DNA of 64,000 nucleotides from the human T2T-CHM13v2.0 reference genome, Homo sapiens. The first letter of the stretch is position 1, and each line of letters begins with the position of its first letter. Location of the stretch: the NCBI RefSeq assembly GCF_009914755.1, contig NC_060931.1; one strand, given 5' to 3'. The position numbers and the translations under genes were made by a program. Positions 57,279 through 64,000 of the stretch are shown one piece after another. The notes beneath the pieces are model-generated. The model did no database searches and was not told the DNA's origin. It worked only from the letters and a program-made list of their open reading frames with translations.

Positions 57279-57608
57279 TATGGGTATCCAGTTTTCCCAG
57301 CACCACTTATTGAAGAGACTGTCCTTTCGCCAACATATGTTCTTAGCACCTTTGTCGAAAATGACTTTACTGTAGATGTATAGATTTATTTCTGGATTCT
57401 GGATTCTGTTCCATTGGTCTATGTGTCTGTTTTTATCAGTACCACACTGTTTTGGTTACCATAGTTCTGTAGTATAATTTGAAGTCAGGCAATGTGATTC
57501 CTCTAGGTTGGTTCTTTTTGCTCAGGGTAGCTTTGACTATTCTGAGTCTTTCATGGTTCCATATAAATTTTAGGATAATCTTTTCTATTTCTGTGATGAA
57601 TGTCTTTG
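57279..57608 (-). mobile_element. L1 ORF2 fragment
   Basis: Minus-strand translation [13 protein letters not shown]...[11 protein letters not shown]...KTVWY is L1 ORF2p downstream of the RT domain. Confidence 0.88.
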
Positions 57609-58188
57609 GGCCAGGCACGGTGGTTCATGCCTGTAATCCCAGCACTTTGGGAAGCTGAGGCGGGAGGATAGCTTGAGACCATCCTGGTCAACATAGTGAG
57701 ACTTCATCTCTACAAAAACTAAAACAAAACAAAATAGTGAGATGTGGTGGCACAGGCCTATAGTCCCAGCTACTTGAGAGGTTGGGGTGGGGGGAATCAC
57801 TTGAGCCTGGGAATTTGAGGCTGCAGTGAGCTGTGATCATACCACTGCATTCCAGCCTGGGTGAGAAAGCAAAACCTGGTCTCTTAAAAAATAAATAAAT
57901 AAATAATAAAAGGCAACTGTTATGTCCTAGTAGAGCAAAGATGGGAGAGCTGTGCCATGGCATACAAACGGCCGGGGTGGACAGGTAGATGCAGCCCATG
58001 CCCTCCAGGGTCAAAAGGAAACCCAGCAATGGTGGCTCCCAGAGAAAGGCGGAATGCACGCATCTCACTTGGGAATGAAGCAGTTCTAAGCTACATGCGG
58101 TTTCCCCAGGAATGTGGACCAGATCCACCTTTGTATTAAGGTCATGCATCTCGAGGACACAGTGGAGGCAGTTCTTCCTCAGGGCTGA

Positions 58189-58704
<516 letters not shown>

Positions 58705-59119
58705 TAGTCTGTCTTTCATAACAAGCATCTCTGCCTCACTTCTTCCTTGGTTCTAGAAATGCCCCCAAAGATGATTTGGAGTGTCCTAGTCTCCCAGTTT
58801 ATAAGGTGTCCATGCCAGAGGGCTGACACAGCAGCCTTCCTGTTTTCTGTTCGTGGCCTCCCTGCCTGAATCCAGAAAAATTCGTGTTGTCCCTCACGGA
58901 AGTGTCCCGGCACACATTGCCTCATACACGTGCTTCTTTCTGTCTCAGAAGTTTATCCCCAGCTCCTTGAAGCCACTTTATCAGCACAGGAATGACCCCG
59001 GTGTCAGGGGTTGATTGCATGTTGATTTATACAGCTGTTCCTCCTCTAGCTGGCTACAGGGGGCCCAGCTCCTCCTAATGTCCCCATGTAAAACCCTCAG
59101 AGGCCCCCATTTCCCTTAG

Positions 59120-59593
<474 letters not shown>

Positions 59594-59851
59594 TGATATT
59601 TGTCCCTCTAAAGATCTCAGCCAAACTTTCCACTTAAAGTCCTGTTATATTACAGGTCCACAATCACTCAACAAAAACCCTCAGGGCCAAATATTTCAGA
59701 GTTCAGAATTTGTCAGATTTTAGAAAAATGTACTCTGTGTTACATAACACCCTCAGCAGGGTCTGGGCCAATGCCGCATGGCCAAATACATTACTATTTA
59801 TGCAGTCAGATGTGTAAATAGTCATACAGAGCAGGTTGAATAAAATCTTCA

Positions 59852-60120
<269 letters not shown>

Positions 60121-60402
60121 TCACGTCAGTAATCCCAGTAGTTTGGGAGGCTGAGGTGGGGGGTTGCTTAAGGCCAGGAGTTCAACATCAGCCTGGGCAA
60201 CATAGCAAGACCCCATCTTTATTTTTATTTTTAAAACAAACAGCCGGGTGCAGTGGCTCACGTCTGTAATCCTAGCACTTTGGGAGGCCAAGGCGGGCAG
60301 ATCACCTGAGGTCGGGAATTCGAGACCAGCCTGACCAACATGGAGAAACCCCGTCTCTACTAGCTGGGCTTTGTGGTGGGCACCTGTAATCCCAGCTACT
60401 CA

Positions 60403-60522
<120 letters not shown>

Positions 60523-61075
60523 TCAATCAAACAAAAAAAAACTTCAAATAGCTAGTTTAGCTCAGATTTTACTGTCAAATGAATTATCAAGAAATGCACT
60601 GGTTACAGCTGCCCAGGAGTGGAGTTTCAGAGTTTAGGGGATTTGGGGGTTGTATACCAGTACTACAAACAACTCATGCAGCTCACCGGGTCCATAGCAT
60701 ATGTTATTTTATTGCTGTCTTGGATTGGTACATTCTTGTCTGGCCATTTAATGTTCTGTGTGTCTGTCTTGCCTCCCTAACAAAATGAAGAAGCCCTTCC
60801 TTGGGGCAGGGCCGTCTGTCACTGTGCACTTAGCAAACTTCAGATCCTTTCCCTTCCTCCAGGCACCTGGCTCACCCCAGAGTGTGCAGCCCTGGCTGTT
60901 GGCGGGTGGACCCGTGGACATCAGCACTGTTGATCTAGTTGTGGTGGAGGAGCAGGTGGAAGGAGCAGGTCATAAAAGTTAGAATCCAGCTGGGCGCCGT
61001 GGCTCACACCTATAAATCCCAGCACTTTGGGAAGTTGAGGTGGGAAGATTGCTTGATGCCAGGAGCTTGAGATCA

Positions 61076-61446
<371 letters not shown>

Positions 61447-61789
61447 TCAGTGGTGTACGCCTATAGTCTCAGCTACTCTGGAGACTGAGGTGGGCACATT
61501 GCTTGAGGCTAGGAGTTCAAGGCTGCAGTGAGCTATGACTGAGCCACTGTGCTCCAGCCTAGGTAACAGATGGAGACCCTATCTCTTAAAAAAAAAAAAA
61601 AAAATCAAATCCACAGATGGAGTGGGATGCAGGGAGTAGATCAGATTCCTGGCTGCAGGGGTTCCTTTTCCCACCACATCCCTTCTTCCACCAGGGACTG
61701 TCATTCCTTTCTTCTAGAAGCAGAGCTCAGCCCAGAGCTTCAGGCTCACCAGCTAAAAACACACGCATGGTTCTCTTGAAGGTGCATGC

Positions 61790-62160
61790 TATACGAGCTT
61801 CCTGTGGCTGCTGTAACCAACTGCCACGAGCTGGGGGCTGAAAACAACAGATGTGTTCACCCACTGTTCTGGAGGCCACAAGTCTGAAATCAGTCCTGCG
61901 GGGCTGAAATGGAGGTGTCAGCAGGGCCGTGCCCCTCTGGACGCTGTAGGGGAGACTGTCCCTCGCCTCCTCTGGCTTCTGGTGCCATCTTTGGCTCTGT
62001 GTGCCTCACCTTTTCCTGCCTGTGTGGGATCAAGTCTCCCTCTACCTCCCCCTTGTAAGGTTACTTGTGATTGCATTCAGGGCCTGCCCAGCTAGTCCAG
62101 AATAATCTCCCCATCTCAAGATCCTCAAATTAATCACACCTGCAAAGACCCTGTTAGCAT
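61790..62160. mobile_element. MaLR LTR (MLT1-like)
   Basis: GCTGCTGTAAC..CTGTTCTGGAGGC..AAGTCTGAAATC..AATAATCTCCCCATCTCAAGATCC pattern. Confidence 0.75.
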
Positions 62161-62575
62161 TGACAGCTGCCTGAGGCCAGAGCCTGGTCTCCACGGGCCC
62201 CCGTTCCTAGCCTATTGTAGCACTCAAATGTGCTAATGTCTGCTGAAAATGGTCTTGGATTTAAACTTCTTTGGGGATCATTATGATCTAAGTCCAGCTT
62301 TGACACTGGGCAGGTTGGTGACAGTGACTATGGGAAAAGATTTTCAAAATATTTTTTATTGGGACATATTAATGTATATAAAGAAAAGTACACATTAATT
62401 TATCTCAAAGGGAACAGCTGAGCAAACACCAGCTGGGTCAAGACAGAGAATATTGGCCAGGTGCAGTGGTTCACACCTGTAGTCCTAGCACTTTGGGAGG
62501 CTGAGGCGGGTGGATTGCCTGAGCTCAGGAGTTGGAGACCAGCCTGGGCAACATGGTGAAACCCCGTCTCTGCTA

Positions 62576-62883
<308 letters not shown>

Positions 62884-62886
62884 TTA

Positions 62887-63096
<210 letters not shown>

Positions 63097-63202
63097 TTAT
63101 TACTCCACACTCCTTCTGCCCCAAAGGCAAGTGCTTTTATGATAAACACTTCTTTGCTTTTTTCTTTTTTAATCATTTTACTACCTAAGCCCACATCCCT
63201 AA

Positions 63203-63529
<327 letters not shown>

Positions 63530-63539
63530 TGAGCCACTG

Positions 63540-64000
63540 TGCCTCGTCTTGTTTTGCTATTGTTTTGTACGTTATATATAAACAAAATCATACCTTTTTG
63601 CCTAAGTTTCTTTCCCTCAATATTGTTTAACAGTTTCATCCATCGTTGCATGTGGCTGTAATCTATTCTTTTGTATAATTCGTATACTATTCCTTTGCAA
63701 GAACACCCTACAGAGTATTTCTCTGTTCTCTTGGCAATGGACATTTGAGTTGCTTCTATTTTGGGGCAACTAGGAAAATTGCTGCTCCGAACATTCTGGT
63801 ATATGTTTATTGATGCCGATGGGCACACATCTCTGTTGAGTAATACCCAGGAGCAAAATTGCATGGTCATGCAGCTCTAGATAATCTCAAACCACTTGCC
63901 AGAGTGGTCGTTCTAGTGTGTACTCCCATCAGCAGTGTGTGTGGGTTTCAGTTGTTCTACATCCTCACCAACATCTGGTGCTATTAGTCCTTTTACTTCC
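63540..64000 (-). mobile_element. Old L1 (L1M) 3' fragment
   Basis: Antisense L1M 3' motifs (GGACATTTGAGTTG..ATACCCAGGAG..ACATCCTCACCAACA); similar fragments in sense orientation at ~270-1205. Confidence 0.7.

Overview
Human genomic DNA: human-specific AluYb8, a young SVA, and very dense Alu content (roughly half the window by eye). It holds the 5' halves of two divergently transcribed genes, which by recognition of the proteins is the 7q34 locus. SLC37A3 (MFS sugar-phosphate exchanger family) is on the minus strand, with a CpG-island first exon near 42.6-42.7 kb and coding exons 2-6 that splice in frame through GT-AG junctions; it continues off the left edge. RAB19 (Rab GTPase) is on the plus strand, with a non-coding exon 1 near 48.3 kb and coding exons 2-3; its last exon is off the right edge. 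Almost all other ORFs in the track are Alu/SVA/L1 translations. The introns hold a full-length SVA that split an Alu (15-bp TSD), two 5S rRNA retropseudogenes, a U13 snoRNA retrocopy, a solo LTR8, an internally deleted ERV1 provirus with a tRNA-Ile PBS, and an ~850-bp almost pure A/T minisatellite. I see no evidence of a new multi-gene system. The least explained signals are a cluster of small locally templated rearrangements (inverted and direct 30-250 bp copies, a probable micro-inversion between inverted Alus, an ~87-bp TSD-like duplication), two tiny polyadenylated retro-insertions, and candidate regulatory elements (start-start-stop uORF and CLEAR/ZNF143 motifs in SLC37A3; IRF-type element and a candidate 34-nt 5'UTR exon in RAB19). 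Repeat subfamily names come from recalled consensus sequences, not a database search.
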